Positions 49,385-58,764 of a stretch of 64,000 nucleotides of DNA are shown here, in pieces. Each line of letters starts with the position of its first letter. Position 1 is the stretch's first letter. A program made the position numbers and the translations under genes. A model generated the notes under the pieces. That model was given only the letters and a program-made list of their open reading frames with translations, ran no database searches and was not told the origin of the DNA. The DNA comes from Permianibacter sp. (lineage in GTDB: Bacteria; Pseudomonadota; Gammaproteobacteria; Enterobacterales; Permianibacteraceae), in the NCBI GenBank assembly GCA_041913605.1, contig JAYSEY010000015.1, positions 20,743 to 84,742 of the forward strand. The letters run 5' to 3'.

Positions 49385-50023
49385 GTGAAAGCGGATATTG
49401 CCGACCTGCGCAAGGACTACAGCAAGCAGGAGTTGTCGCCGGAACAATGTCTGGCCGATCCGCTGGCGCAGTTCCGCGTCTGGCTGGATGAGGCACTGGC
49501 CTCCGAGCTGCCTGAACCGACGGCGATGCATGTGGCCACTGTCGATGACGCGGGCCGGCCGAGCGCGCGCATCGTGCTGCTCAAGGGCATCGAGCAGGAT
49601 CGCTTTGTGTTTTACACCAATTACCAGAGCCGCAAGGGCACGCAGATTGGTGGCAATCCGTTTGTGGCGCTGACGTTTTTCTGGCCCGAGCTGGAACGTC
49701 AGGTGCGTGTCGAAGGCCGCGCCGATCCGGTTGCGGCTGCGACGTCCGATGTCTATTTCGCTTCGCGTCCCTATCAGAGCCGGCTCGGTGCCTGGGCGAG
49801 TCCGCAGAGCCAGGAAATCGCCAGCAAAAGCGAACTGCTGCAACGCGCGGCGGCGTTTGGTTTGCGTTACATCACCGAGGTGCCACGTCCGCCGCACTGG
49901 GGTGGTTATGGCGTGTTGCCGTCGCGGATCGAATTCTGGCAGGGCCGGCCGAGCCGTCTGCATGATCGCGTGCTCTACCTGCGCGACGGTGAACAGTGGC
50001 GCAAATCGCGTCTGGCACCGTGA
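49385..50023 (+). CDS. pdxH: Pyridoxamine 5'-phosphate oxidase
   Basis: [48 protein letters not shown]; GTG start after AGGAG. Confidence 0.97.
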   Translation: MKADIADLRKDYSKQELSPEQCLADPLAQFRVWLDEALASELPEPTAMHVATVDDAGRPSARIVLLKGIEQDRFVFYTNYQSRKGTQIGGNPFVALTFFWPELERQVRVEGRADPVAAATSDVYFASRPYQSRLGAWASPQSQEIASKSELLQRAAAFGLRYITEVPRPPHWGGYGVLPSRIEFWQGRPSRLHDRVLYLRDGEQWRKSRLAP

Positions 50024-50074
50024 GCTGGACGCCGGGTACGCAGCACAGGAATTACCCCATGCGGAGCGCGCTTC

Positions 50075-50584
50075 ATGCTGAAAAATGATCACCTGCCGTT
50101 TGCCGAACTGCCGCAGGTGCAGGATCTGCCCTTCGAAGCATTTCCGGCGCAGGCGGTGAAAGTCAGCCGTTTCAGTTGGCTGGTGTTCTGGGCCATTTTC
50201 CACGTTTCGCTGATCACGCTCGCGGTGCTGATCGCACCGGCGCGTGTGGTATTCATCGCCGTGATCCTTGCCGCACTGCCGCTGACAGCTCTCAGCTTCT
50301 GGTGGGCGAAATGGAGTTGGCAACACCGGCGCATGAGTTTGCGCGAACACGATGTGTTATTGCAGAGCGGCGTCTGGTTTCGCGCCACGCGCGCGCAAAG
50401 CCTGCAGCGCGTGCAGCACGTGAAACTAGCGCAGGGGCCGTTGCAGCGACGCTACGGTCTGGCAACGCTGACGCTGTACAGTTCCGGCAGTGATGATGCC
50501 GACTTCACGCTCGCCGATCTGGATATGAACCGCGCCACACAGTTGCGCGATTACATCCTCGGCCACGGCAAGTCCGCAGCATGA
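50075..50584 (+). CDS. bPH_2-domain membrane protein (YdbS-like)
   Basis: Two TM segments, then SGVWFR...RVQHVKLAQGPLQRRYGLATLTL. Confidence 0.85.
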   Translation: MLKNDHLPFAELPQVQDLPFEAFPAQAVKVSRFSWLVFWAIFHVSLITLAVLIAPARVVFIAVILAALPLTALSFWWAKWSWQHRRMSLREHDVLLQSGVWFRATRAQSLQRVQHVKLAQGPLQRRYGLATLTLYSSGSDDADFTLADLDMNRATQLRDYILGHGKSAA

Positions 50585-52251
50585 GCACAGAGGAAAGCGG
50601 AACCGCGGTCAGCAACGACGCGGCAGTCGAACACTGGCAACGTTTGCCGCTGCGTGCCTTGCTGCATCTGTGTCTGGAAGTGCTGCGCGAAAACTGGGCA
50701 CTGATCGCCGGCGGCGCGGTGGGTGGTGGCTGGCAGATTGAAAAATACACGCACATCGATTTGCCCGCCTGGGCGCTCGGTCCGCTGGCCATCGTCCTGA
50801 TGCTGCTTGCCGCACTGTGGCGCTGGTGGCATTTGCGCTACGCGATCCATGCGCATCATGTGCACGCGGTGCGCGGTCGCTGGTCACGCGAAGAACACCT
50901 GTTGCCGTTCGCGCGCGTGCAGGGCGTGCGTGCCACCCAGCCGATCGGTTTGCGCTTGCTGGGGCTGCATGAAGTGGCGCTGGAGTCCTCCGGCAGTGAA
51001 AGCGAAGAGGTGAAACTGCCCGGCGTCAGCGATGCAACGCTGGCGCAACTGCGCGCGGCGGCGCGACGCGCGCGCAGTCCACAAACGCCTGCATCGCATG
51101 TGTCATTGCCGGCAGACGCGGATTCTGTCAGCACAAATGCAAATGCGCCGTTGCACGCGCCGGATGCCGGACAGGCTGAAGCGGAACCCGACAGCGATCA
51201 CGCTGCGCCGGTGCTGCACAGGCTGAACTGGCGCCAGATCATGCTGGTGGCGCTGACCAGTGGCCGCACGCTGGCAATTGCACCGCTGCTGCTCTATTTC
51301 GCCAATCGTGTCGGCGATGACGCGCTGGATCGCTGGCTGTGGAAGCCGCTGAAAGTCTGGACAGAAAATCACAGCGACACCTTCATGCACGCGCTGGTCG
51401 GCGGTGTGATCAGTGCGGCAGTGATCGTGCTGGTGATTGCGGTGCTGGCGATCGCCTGGGGACTGTGGCGCTACTGGGATTTTCGTCTGCAACAGTTGCC
51501 GCGCGAATGGCATCAACACAGCGGACTGATCACCCGTTATGCGCAGACGCTGCGACCGGAACGCGCCTGCGCCGTGATCTGGGAACAGGGCGCGTTGCAA
51601 CGGCCGTTCGGCCGTGGCTGGTTGCGCGTTGCGGTGGCCGGTGAAAACGAAACCCAGGCGGCGGCCGAGGGCAAAACCTCGCGCAGTTTTCGCGTGCCCT
51701 GGCTGGGTTTGCGCGCGGCCCTGCGACTGCGCAATGAAGTGTTCAACCGACATCCGGAGACGCTGAAAAAATTCGCCCGTTTTCAGGGGATTGATCGCTA
51801 TTACATGGAGCGGAACCGGCGCTATTTCATCGTTGCGCCCTGCGTGCTGGCCGCGGCGACTCTGGGCGTACTGTCGATCTGGCAATGGCCACTGGTGAAA
51901 TTGCTGCTGATGTTCGCGCTGCCCTTGCTGCCGCTGCTGATCCTGCACGCCGAATGGCAGCTGCGGCGTCGCTACCGGCATTGGCGTTTCGCAGTGTCTG
52001 CGCAGGCGCTGCGCATCCAGCAGGGTATGGTGTCGCGACAACTGGCCTTCATTCCCTGGTCGGCGGTGCAGGGCGTGGTGCTGGAACAATCACCCGGCGA
52101 ACGCAAACGCCAGCTCGCCAGCCTGCAATTCATTCTGCCGCACGCCAGCGTCGAGCTGCCCTGTCTGCCACTCGCCGATGCGCAGGCGCTGTTCAACTAT
52201 GCGGCAGCGCAGGCAGTGATGCCGGCGACCACGGCATCCGGCAGTGCTTGA
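50581..52251 (+). CDS. Multi-bPH_2-domain membrane protein (YdbT-like)
   Basis: Three bPH_2-like segments (RVQGV...QP; GLIT...WEQGALQR; VQGVVLEQSP); ATGA overlap with the YdbS-like gene. Confidence 0.82.
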   Translation: MSTEESGTAVSNDAAVEHWQRLPLRALLHLCLEVLRENWALIAGGAVGGGWQIEKYTHIDLPAWALGPLAIVLMLLAALWRWWHLRYAIHAHHVHAVRGRWSREEHLLPFARVQGVRATQPIGLRLLGLHEVALESSGSESEEVKLPGVSDATLAQLRAAARRARSPQTPASHVSLPADADSVSTNANAPLHAPDAGQAEAEPDSDHAAPVLHRLNWRQIMLVALTSGRTLAIAPLLLYFANRVGDDALDRWLWKPLKVWTENHSDTFMHALVGGVISAAVIVLVIAVLAIAWGLWRYWDFRLQQLPREWHQHSGLITRYAQTLRPERACAVIWEQGALQRPFGRGWLRVAVAGENETQAAAEGKTSRSFRVPWLGLRAALRLRNEVFNRHPETLKKFARFQGIDRYYMERNRRYFIVAPCVLAAATLGVLSIWQWPLVKLLLMFALPLLPLLILHAEWQLRRRYRHWRFAVSAQALRIQQGMVSRQLAFIPWSAVQGVVLEQSPGERKRQLASLQFILPHASVELPCLPLADAQALFNYAAAQAVMPATTASGSA

Positions 52252-52305
52252 AGAGAAAGGGCATATCAGGCGTCCGGTTTTCTGAAGCGGTCGCTAGCTG
52301 TAGCG

Positions 52306-52412
52306 GGAGATTCCGGATAACGGCGTTGCCGTTTCCGGAATGACAGCGCTTCATTTTTTGTGAAAAGACAATTGTCATTCCGGCCGGAGCGTAGCTCAGA
52401 ACCGGAATCTCC
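52306..52412. repeat. Inverted doublet of TGTC-tagged palindromes (family C, CGTC-REP-like)
   Basis: Reverse copy 52306-52345 and forward copy tgtcattccggccggagcgtagctcagaaccggaatctcc at 52373-52412. Confidence 0.8.
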
Positions 52413-52479
52413 GTCGTAAAGCACACAGCGTCAGAAGTTGTTCTACTGGCCAGTAAACCTGTTCTGTCTGATGCACAGA

Positions 52480-53244
52480 TCACAGCGCCTGCAGGCACGC
52501 ACGCTTGAGCAGTTGCGCTGACAAATCTGCGCCTGCCGGTTCGGGCGTCAGTGCCTGCATTTGCAGCGGCAGCACGCCGGTCCACGGTGTGTAGCCGGCT
52601 TCGTCATCACTGCCTTTTTCGCGTCCCGGCGGGCCGCTGCGGATTTTCGCCACGGCGTTTTCTATCGGCAGTGCCAGCAGCAGTGTGGCGTTGCGTTCCT
52701 TGTCATCGACCGGAACGACTTGCGGCCAGCGATCCGGCAGTACCGTGTCGAAGAAGTGGCGGAAGGCGTGTTGCTTGTAGTCGTCATCATCGATGCGCGT
52801 GAAGCGGCCGTAGAGATTGACCGAGCGGTAATTCGCCGAGTGATTGAAAGCGCGTTTGGCAAACACCAGTCCGTCGATCAGCGTGACATTGACGCAAGCC
52901 GGCGCGCCTTCGGCGAGCGCCAGCAGCATGCGGCTTTGCAGGGCGCCGTGTATGTAAATCCGGTCGTTTTCGCGCCAGTAGATCGTCGGCAGTACGTGCG
53001 GACCGTGCGCGTCGTTGAACGCGATATGGCAGAGCCAGTGGCTGTCGAGGATGGCGTGGACGGTGGCGCGATCATGGCTGCCGCGCTCGGGATGGCGTTG
53101 CAGCGTGGTGTGTGGCGTCGGTGCAAACCTTGGTGCAACAGTCGGTGCAGTAATCGGCGCAGCAATCGGTGCAACAGTCGGATTCATCGTGGTTACCAGT
53201 GCAGGGGCGATCAGGATGGGGTCAATCAGAACGGGCGCATTCAA
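52480..53244 (-). CDS. Pyridoxamine 5'-phosphate oxidase-like flavin-binding protein (NimA-like)
   Basis: RHPERGSHDR, LCHIAF, RIYIHG, VTLIDGLV, HSANYRSV. Confidence 0.88.
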   Translation of the reverse strand: MNAPVLIDPILIAPALVTTMNPTVAPIAAPITAPTVAPRFAPTPHTTLQRHPERGSHDRATVHAILDSHWLCHIAFNDAHGPHVLPTIYWRENDRIYIHGALQSRMLLALAEGAPACVNVTLIDGLVFAKRAFNHSANYRSVNLYGRFTRIDDDDYKQHAFRHFFDTVLPDRWPQVVPVDDKERNATLLLALPIENAVAKIRSGPPGREKGSDDEAGYTPWTGVLPLQMQALTPEPAGADLSAQLLKRACLQAL

Positions 53245-53795
53245 CCGCCAGTGGCTGGCGGCAAAAGTGAACTGCTGGCTTCAACAACATTGGCCGGCGC
53301 GTACACATCGGGACGATGTTTTTCCATCACCTGCGCCGGTGAGGCCAGCGCGCGAAAAGCAAATTTTTCATACAGGCCGTGGGCATCGCGGGTGACCAGC
53401 ATTTGCCGGCGCAGGCCCTGCAGATCCGGATAGGTGTCGATGGCCTGCATCAGTGCCGCGGCGATGCCCTGACCGCGAAAGGCCTCGGCAACGATCACGT
53501 CGCAGAGATAGGCAAATGTCGCCCGGTCGCTGATCACGCGCGCGAACCCGCAGCAGTTGCCGTCCGGGGTCAACGCCGCGAACAGCAGCGAGTGGCGCGC
53601 CGCGCGTTCGAACAGCGGCCAGGGAATGTCGCGTGCCCAGTAGGTGCCGGCGATCAGCGCGTGCACCTGACGCAGCGGAATGGCCCCGGCGTCGGTGCAG
53701 ATCCGCCAGCCGGGCGCGGGCGGCTTGACTGCAGGTGTTGAGTCGGCGGTTGAGGCCTTGGCTGTAGGGCTGTCGGCGGCTGCGGTGTGGGTCAT
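53241..53795 (-). CDS. GNAT family N-acetyltransferase
   Basis: TYWARDI, GFARVISDRATFAYLCDV, FRGQG, TRDAHGLYEKF; start uncertain (ATG 53795 or 53897). Confidence 0.88.
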   Translation of the reverse strand: MTHTAAADSPTAKASTADSTPAVKPPAPGWRICTDAGAIPLRQVHALIAGTYWARDIPWPLFERAARHSLLFAALTPDGNCCGFARVISDRATFAYLCDVIVAEAFRGQGIAAALMQAIDTYPDLQGLRRQMLVTRDAHGLYEKFAFRALASPAQVMEKHRPDVYAPANVVEASSSLLPPATGG

Positions 53796-53908
53796 GAATC
53801 CGGCTCCGGGCGGGGCGGTGGTGACGGGTACGGGCGGACGGCTACTGACCGGCTGGCGGACTGGGCGTGCCGGCAATCGTGGTCCCGGGGCTGACATTAG
53901 CCTGACAA

Positions 53909-53951
53909 TGGCCCTATGCTTGGCGCCGATTCAAACTTCACAAGGGAGCCA
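53909..53951. promoter_or_regulatory. Candidate MocR/GabR-type operator (two direct motifs + one inverted)
   Basis: TGGCCC (53909), TGGCGC (53921), GAGCCA (53946, inverted). Confidence 0.5.
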
Positions 53952-53953
53952 AT

Positions 53954-55441
53954 ATGGCGACCGCCTGGCTCACCGAGCACCCGCTGGTGGCGCTCGACAA
54001 GTCCGCGCCGCTGCCGCTGCAGCAACAGCTCTACCGCGCCATCCGCGGTGCCATCGTCGCCGGCGATCTGCCGCCCGGCCGGCGCCTGCCGGCATCACGC
54101 GCGCTGGCCAGCGAACTCGGCATAGGCCGCAACACGGTGGTCGCCGCCTACGCCCAGCTGGAAGCCGAGGGCTGGCTGCGCAGCCGCGTCGGCGCCGGCA
54201 GCTATGTCGCCTACGATGCCCAGCTCGCCGCCAGCCAGCGCGGCGAGCGCAAAACGCCGCGCCATGAGGCCGGGATCATCACGCCGCCGGCGGCGCAGCT
54301 GTCGCAGCGGGCACTGAGCCTGGTCGGCACCGCGGTCGGCGGGCGTGCCAGCATCGGTGCGTTTGTCCCGGCACTGCCCGATGTCCGCGAGTTTCCGGCC
54401 GCCGATTTTGCCCGCCGGCTGGCCAGCTATTGGCGTGCGCCGCAGCTGTCCTGGCTGTGTTACGGCCGCGACGCCGGCCTGCCGGAACTGCGCGCCGCCA
54501 TCGCCGACCACCTGCGCGTTGCCCGCGCCGTCACCGCCGACGCCGATCAGGTGCTGGTGCTGCCGAGCGCGCAGGCAGCGCTGTCGCTGCTGGCCACCGC
54601 GCTGGCCGATCCGGGCGCCTGCGTGGCGCTGGAAAATCCCGGCTACACCGGCGCCCGCGCGGCGTTCATCGCCGCCGGGCTGCAGGTGCTGCCGGTGCCG
54701 GTGGATGACGGCGGGCTGATGGTCTCGGCGCTGCCGGAGCGGGCGCCGCCGCAACTCATCTACGTCACGCCCTCGCACCAGTTTCCGCTCGGTGCTGTGA
54801 TGGACGTGTCGCGCCGTCAGGCGCTGCTCGACTACGCCCACCGTCACGGCAGCCTGATCATCGAGGACGACTACGACAGCGAATTCCGCTACCGCTCGCG
54901 GCCGCTGGCTTCGCTGCAGGGCCAGGATCGCGACGGTCGTGTGCTCTACATCGGCACCTTCAGCAAGGTGCTGACGCCGGCCCTGCGCACTGCTTATCTG
55001 GTGGTGCCGAAAGCGCTGGCGCCGCAACTGAACCGGCTCGCGCAGCGATTGATTGGCGAAGGTCATTACCCGACCCAGGCGGCGCTCGCCGACTTTCTGC
55101 GCGCCGGCAAACTGGTGGCGCACATCCGCCGCACCCGCGCGCTCTACGCCGAGCGTCAGGCGGCGCTGCGCGAGGCGCTCGACGGTCGCCTGCCGACCGG
55201 CTGGCGGCTCAGTGGCGGCGATGCCGGCCTGCATCTGGTGCTGCACGCGCCCGCCGATGTCGATGATCGACAACTGGCCGAACACGGCGTCGCCTACGAT
55301 CTGCTGCTGCGCCCGCTGTCCGCCTGCGACATGCTCGAACCACCACAACGCGGCTTCATGCTCGGCTACGCCAGCTGCGATCCCGATGATCTGCGCGCGG
55401 CAGCGGCGCGACTGCTGGACTTGCTGCACGCGCGGCGATGA
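53954..55441 (+). CDS. MocR/GabR family PLP-binding transcriptional regulator
   Basis: GntR HTH (RLPASRALASELGIGRNTV) + aminotransferase-like domain (YVTPSHQFPLG, IEDDYDSEFRY, GTFSK). Confidence 0.95.
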   Translation: MATAWLTEHPLVALDKSAPLPLQQQLYRAIRGAIVAGDLPPGRRLPASRALASELGIGRNTVVAAYAQLEAEGWLRSRVGAGSYVAYDAQLAASQRGERKTPRHEAGIITPPAAQLSQRALSLVGTAVGGRASIGAFVPALPDVREFPAADFARRLASYWRAPQLSWLCYGRDAGLPELRAAIADHLRVARAVTADADQVLVLPSAQAALSLLATALADPGACVALENPGYTGARAAFIAAGLQVLPVPVDDGGLMVSALPERAPPQLIYVTPSHQFPLGAVMDVSRRQALLDYAHRHGSLIIEDDYDSEFRYRSRPLASLQGQDRDGRVLYIGTFSKVLTPALRTAYLVVPKALAPQLNRLAQRLIGEGHYPTQAALADFLRAGKLVAHIRRTRALYAERQAALREALDGRLPTGWRLSGGDAGLHLVLHAPADVDDRQLAEHGVAYDLLLRPLSACDMLEPPQRGFMLGYASCDPDDLRAAAARLLDLLHARR

Positions 55442-55442
55442 T

Positions 55443-55551
55443 GGGTGTGCTGAGTGTGGTGCTGTGCCGTGTTGTGTTGTGTGTTGTGTGCTGTGTGCGG
55501 CGTTGCGTGCGTTGGGCTGTGCTGCGTGGTGTGGTGCGGGCTGTGTTGTGT
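55443..55551. repeat. GT-rich degenerate low-complexity tract
   Basis: About 110 nt of gtgt/gttgt/gctgt units with a single A on the plus strand. Confidence 0.85.
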
Positions 55552-55698
55552 ACCGTCTTGAGCAGTGTTTGAGTCAGCTTGCTGAAGTGTGTGTGCCGAA
55601 ACGGGGCAGGGCGACTCCGGTGCCGGAGCGGAATGGGCAGATTGCTTTTTTTACCGCGTCAGCTTCGCAGGCCTGCAGTTTTGCCAATGCCAATACGC

Positions 55699-55736
55699 TG
55701 TCATTCCGGAAGCCGCATCGCGGCTATCCGGAATCT
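55699..55736 (+). repeat. Family C palindrome, single copy
   Basis: tgtcattccggaagccgcatcgcggctatccggaatct. Confidence 0.8.
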
Positions 55737-56054
55737 TCGCGGGGCCTGTGCTGCGGGACGATCCGGAAACCTGCAGCACCAGTACCATCGGCCAAGCGTG
55801 CATGAAAGCTGATCCGCGGCCAAATAAATTCGGCCCCACAATTTCTGCATCGGCCGCAGATGCCTGCGAGAGAATGCCTGCGCAGGCTATGGGGACGAAT
55901 TGATCCGGCCTGCGTGACCTTACGATCCGGCGCAACTGAGACAAGCGCACTTCAGCGGCGCAGCACTGAATGCGCAGTACACTTGTCATCACCCACGCTG
56001 ATCGCGCCGGAAAACTGCTTCGCTGCGCCGCCGTGCGCGAGGAGTGCCGCATTC

Positions 56055-56717
56055 GTGTCCGGGACCACGCTGCAACTATCCGACTGCGCATTCCGTCGTC
56101 TGGCGCTGGCGCTCTGCCTGCTGCCGGTGTGCGCGATCAGCGCGGCGATGGCCCTGAATATCTGGCAGGGCAGCATCGCGGCATCGCTGCCGTTCATCGA
56201 CGGTTCGCTGTCGATCTCGCGCGCCTGCCGGCAACTGCCGGGCCTGTACCTGTTCCGCCTGCTGATGATGCCGGCCGCCGTGCTGATGGCAATTTTCTGG
56301 CTGGTGCTGCGTGCGCGTTTGTCGCTGCACGATGCGTCACCGCGGATCACGCAGGCGATGAAATACAGCGGCCTTGTTGGTGCAGCGTTCCTCCTGCTGT
56401 ACGCGAATTTTCTTGGCACAGACGGCGAGATCTACGCCTGGCTGCGCCGCTTCGGTATCACGCTGCATTTTGCCGGTACGCTGCTGGCACAACTGCTCTG
56501 CCTGCTGGCGCTGCGCCGCGGGCAACGGCGACGGCCGCCCGCACTCTGGTATCTGAGTCTGGCGATCTGGTTGCTGGCGCTGGCGCACGTTTTACTGAGT
56601 GTGTTCACCGGCAGCAATGAGGTGCGGGAAAATCTGTTTGAGTGGTGGCTGGCACTGCTGATGACGCTGTGGTTTGCGGCCGTGCCGGCGACGTTCGTGC
56701 GCCGGACGCAAAGCTGA
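56055..56717 (+). CDS. Hypothetical polytopic membrane protein
   Basis: About 6 TM segments, PFIDGSLSISRACR loop; GAGGAG before GTG 56055. Confidence 0.7.
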   Translation: MSGTTLQLSDCAFRRLALALCLLPVCAISAAMALNIWQGSIAASLPFIDGSLSISRACRQLPGLYLFRLLMMPAAVLMAIFWLVLRARLSLHDASPRITQAMKYSGLVGAAFLLLYANFLGTDGEIYAWLRRFGITLHFAGTLLAQLLCLLALRRGQRRRPPALWYLSLAIWLLALAHVLLSVFTGSNEVRENLFEWWLALLMTLWFAAVPATFVRRTQS

Positions 56718-56845
56718 TTCAGATAGCGACACTTTCAAGGCGTGATGGCAGCGCCGGAGTTCTGCGCGGTTGGTGCGCAGAACTCCGGCGCTGCGGCGGG
56801 AAAACGGTCAGTGCAGGGGCTGGCCGCGCTGCAAACCGTGAGTGC

Positions 56846-57124
56846 TCAGCGTTGCCGCGAGGACCATTGGCGTGGGCTCTGATACGGTTGTGCCAGCATC
56901 TGGTAAAGCTGGTCTTTGAGCAGGCAGCGGCGCTTCTTCAGATCTTCGAAGTAGTAGTCGGATACCGGCATGTTGTTCATTTCCAGACCACGGATCTGCT
57001 TGTCCAGCGCGTGGTATTCCTCGGCGGCGCTGGCGAAATAATTGTCCTCCTGCCAGAGAAATTCGATGCGGTCGGAGTACTCGGGAAACTCATTGAACAA
57101 ATTGTGATCTTCAACCAGCTGCAT
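56846..57124 (-). CDS. YdcH/DUF465 family protein
   Basis: HNLFNEFPEY...F...EYHALDKQI...LKKRR-LLKDQLYQML; AGGAGG RBS before ATG 57124. Confidence 0.88.
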   Translation of the reverse strand: MQLVEDHNLFNEFPEYSDRIEFLWQEDNYFASAAEEYHALDKQIRGLEMNNMPVSDYYFEDLKKRRCLLKDQLYQMLAQPYQSPRQWSSRQR

Positions 57125-57414
57125 GGCGGCATCCTCCTTCATCCGGGGCTCGCCTGTGCAGCCTAGTCCGCCCGTTGACGTCGCTCCATGCGGGTTTTAG
57201 AACGAATGCTTGTTCCCGCACATCTGCTCATTCCGCAAGGGACTTTAAGGGCGGCAGCGAACTGGCCATGTTGCAGGCGCCATCGCGCCAACAGTGAGCG
57301 GCACCGCTACACTGCGCCGGACGGGCGGGCGCAGTCCTGACGCGATTGGACTGGCAGCGACGCGGCCCAAAGCAAATGCCGTTGTCCCGTGTTCACGAAT
57401 GAGGATCTTTGTTG

Positions 57415-57663
57415 ATGTCCGATGCGGAAATCGCCCGTCGCGGACCGTTTCCGGTGCGTGTCGAACAGGGCAAGACTTACTGGTGGTGCCGGTGTGGAAA
57501 AAGTGCCACGCAGCCGTTCTGCGATGGCTCACACAAGGGCGGATCGTTCACGCCGGTGAAGTTTGTTGCCGATGACACCGAAACGGTGTTTTTCTGCGGT
57601 TGCAAACGCACGGACGATCAGCCGCTTTGCGATGGCAGTCACCAGAAACTGGGTGGCTGCTGA
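57415..57663 (+). CDS. CDGSH iron-sulfur domain protein (two motifs)
   Basis: WCRCGKSATQPFCDGSH and FCGCKRTDDQPLCDGSH. Confidence 0.95.
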   Translation: MSDAEIARRGPFPVRVEQGKTYWWCRCGKSATQPFCDGSHKGGSFTPVKFVADDTETVFFCGCKRTDDQPLCDGSHQKLGGC

Positions 57664-57825
57664 CAGGCGCCTGCTGTCGTTGAAGTTGTTGCCGGGTGTG
57701 CTGCAGATCAGCGCCCCGAAAAAATGCCCATCCGGGCTTAGGCGAACTCATCGATTTGCACCGACGAAAAAAGTGCAGGAACAATTGCAAAAAATCGCGC
57801 ACTGTTCCCGGACAATTTTCCGTTG

Positions 57826-57859
57826 CGCGCAGGTTTGCTGAAATCGGCAAACCTGCGCG
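57826..57859. terminator. Hairpin between convergent genes
   Basis: CGCGCAGGTTTGC-tgaaatcg-GCAAACCTGCGCG. Confidence 0.6.
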
Positions 57860-57864
57860 ATAGT

Positions 57865-58764
57865 TCAGCGATTGCCGACGGCGCGTGGCGGCAGGCTGCG
57901 CAGATATAATTGCATCGCATCCAGATCGGTATCGGTCAGTTGCCCGAGGCTGGAAAATGGCATCACTGCACTGACCGCACTGCCATCCGGCCGCCGGCCG
58001 CTGCGCATCATGCTGCGGAAACTTTCCGCATCGGCATAGCGCGGCCAAATGCTGCCTTCGCCCGGCGTCAGGTTGGCGGCGGGTGGCCATTCCGGCGGTG
58101 CGCCGGGAATGCGGCCACCGGAAAATTGTTCGCCGTGACAGCCCATGCACATCGCCGCAACATAGGCACCGTATTCAGGCGTAACGGCAGCGGTGACGGC
58201 TGGCGCAGGCGGCAGATGGTGATCAACTTTTTCCGCGCCGTCCCTGATCACGCCGAAACCGTACAGCGTTTTGACCAGCGTGGTCAGGCGGATCTCGGTG
58301 CCCGGACTATTGCTCGCCGGTAACTGGCGCAAATATGCGATCAGTGCAGCGAGATCGGTATCGGAGATCCGGTTGTAATCTTCGGTCGGCATGATCAGCA
58401 GCGGCCGGCCATCCGGTTTCAGACCGTGACGGATCGCCGCCACCCAGTCTTTTTCCGTGTACTGGTTCACCACACCGCCTGGCGTGATATTCGGTGCGCG
58501 CACAAAAAATCCGTCCGGCGCGTCGATGAACACTTTGCCGGCGCCATCGTTGCCGTGGCACTCGGTACAGCCGCGCGATTCGAACAGGTATTTGCCGTGC
58601 GGCAGAATCGCCGGATCGGTGTTGTAGGGCAGTGCGGGAATATCGACGCGTACCACGCGTCCGCGTTTCTGATCAGCAAGGAAATTGCCGGCCAGCAGGG
58701 CGCCGCCGATGACCACGGCGATCACGCCGACGCCGACCAGCGGCCATTTGATGATCCGCTTCAT
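57865..58764 (-). CDS. Membrane-anchored diheme cytochrome c
   Basis: CTECH and CMGCH motifs, APNITP / AANLTP, N-terminal TM segment. Confidence 0.92.
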   Translation of the reverse strand: MKRIIKWPLVGVGVIAVVIGGALLAGNFLADQKRGRVVRVDIPALPYNTDPAILPHGKYLFESRGCTECHGNDGAGKVFIDAPDGFFVRAPNITPGGVVNQYTEKDWVAAIRHGLKPDGRPLLIMPTEDYNRISDTDLAALIAYLRQLPASNSPGTEIRLTTLVKTLYGFGVIRDGAEKVDHHLPPAPAVTAAVTPEYGAYVAAMCMGCHGEQFSGGRIPGAPPEWPPAANLTPGEGSIWPRYADAESFRSMMRSGRRPDGSAVSAVMPFSSLGQLTDTDLDAMQLYLRSLPPRAVGNR

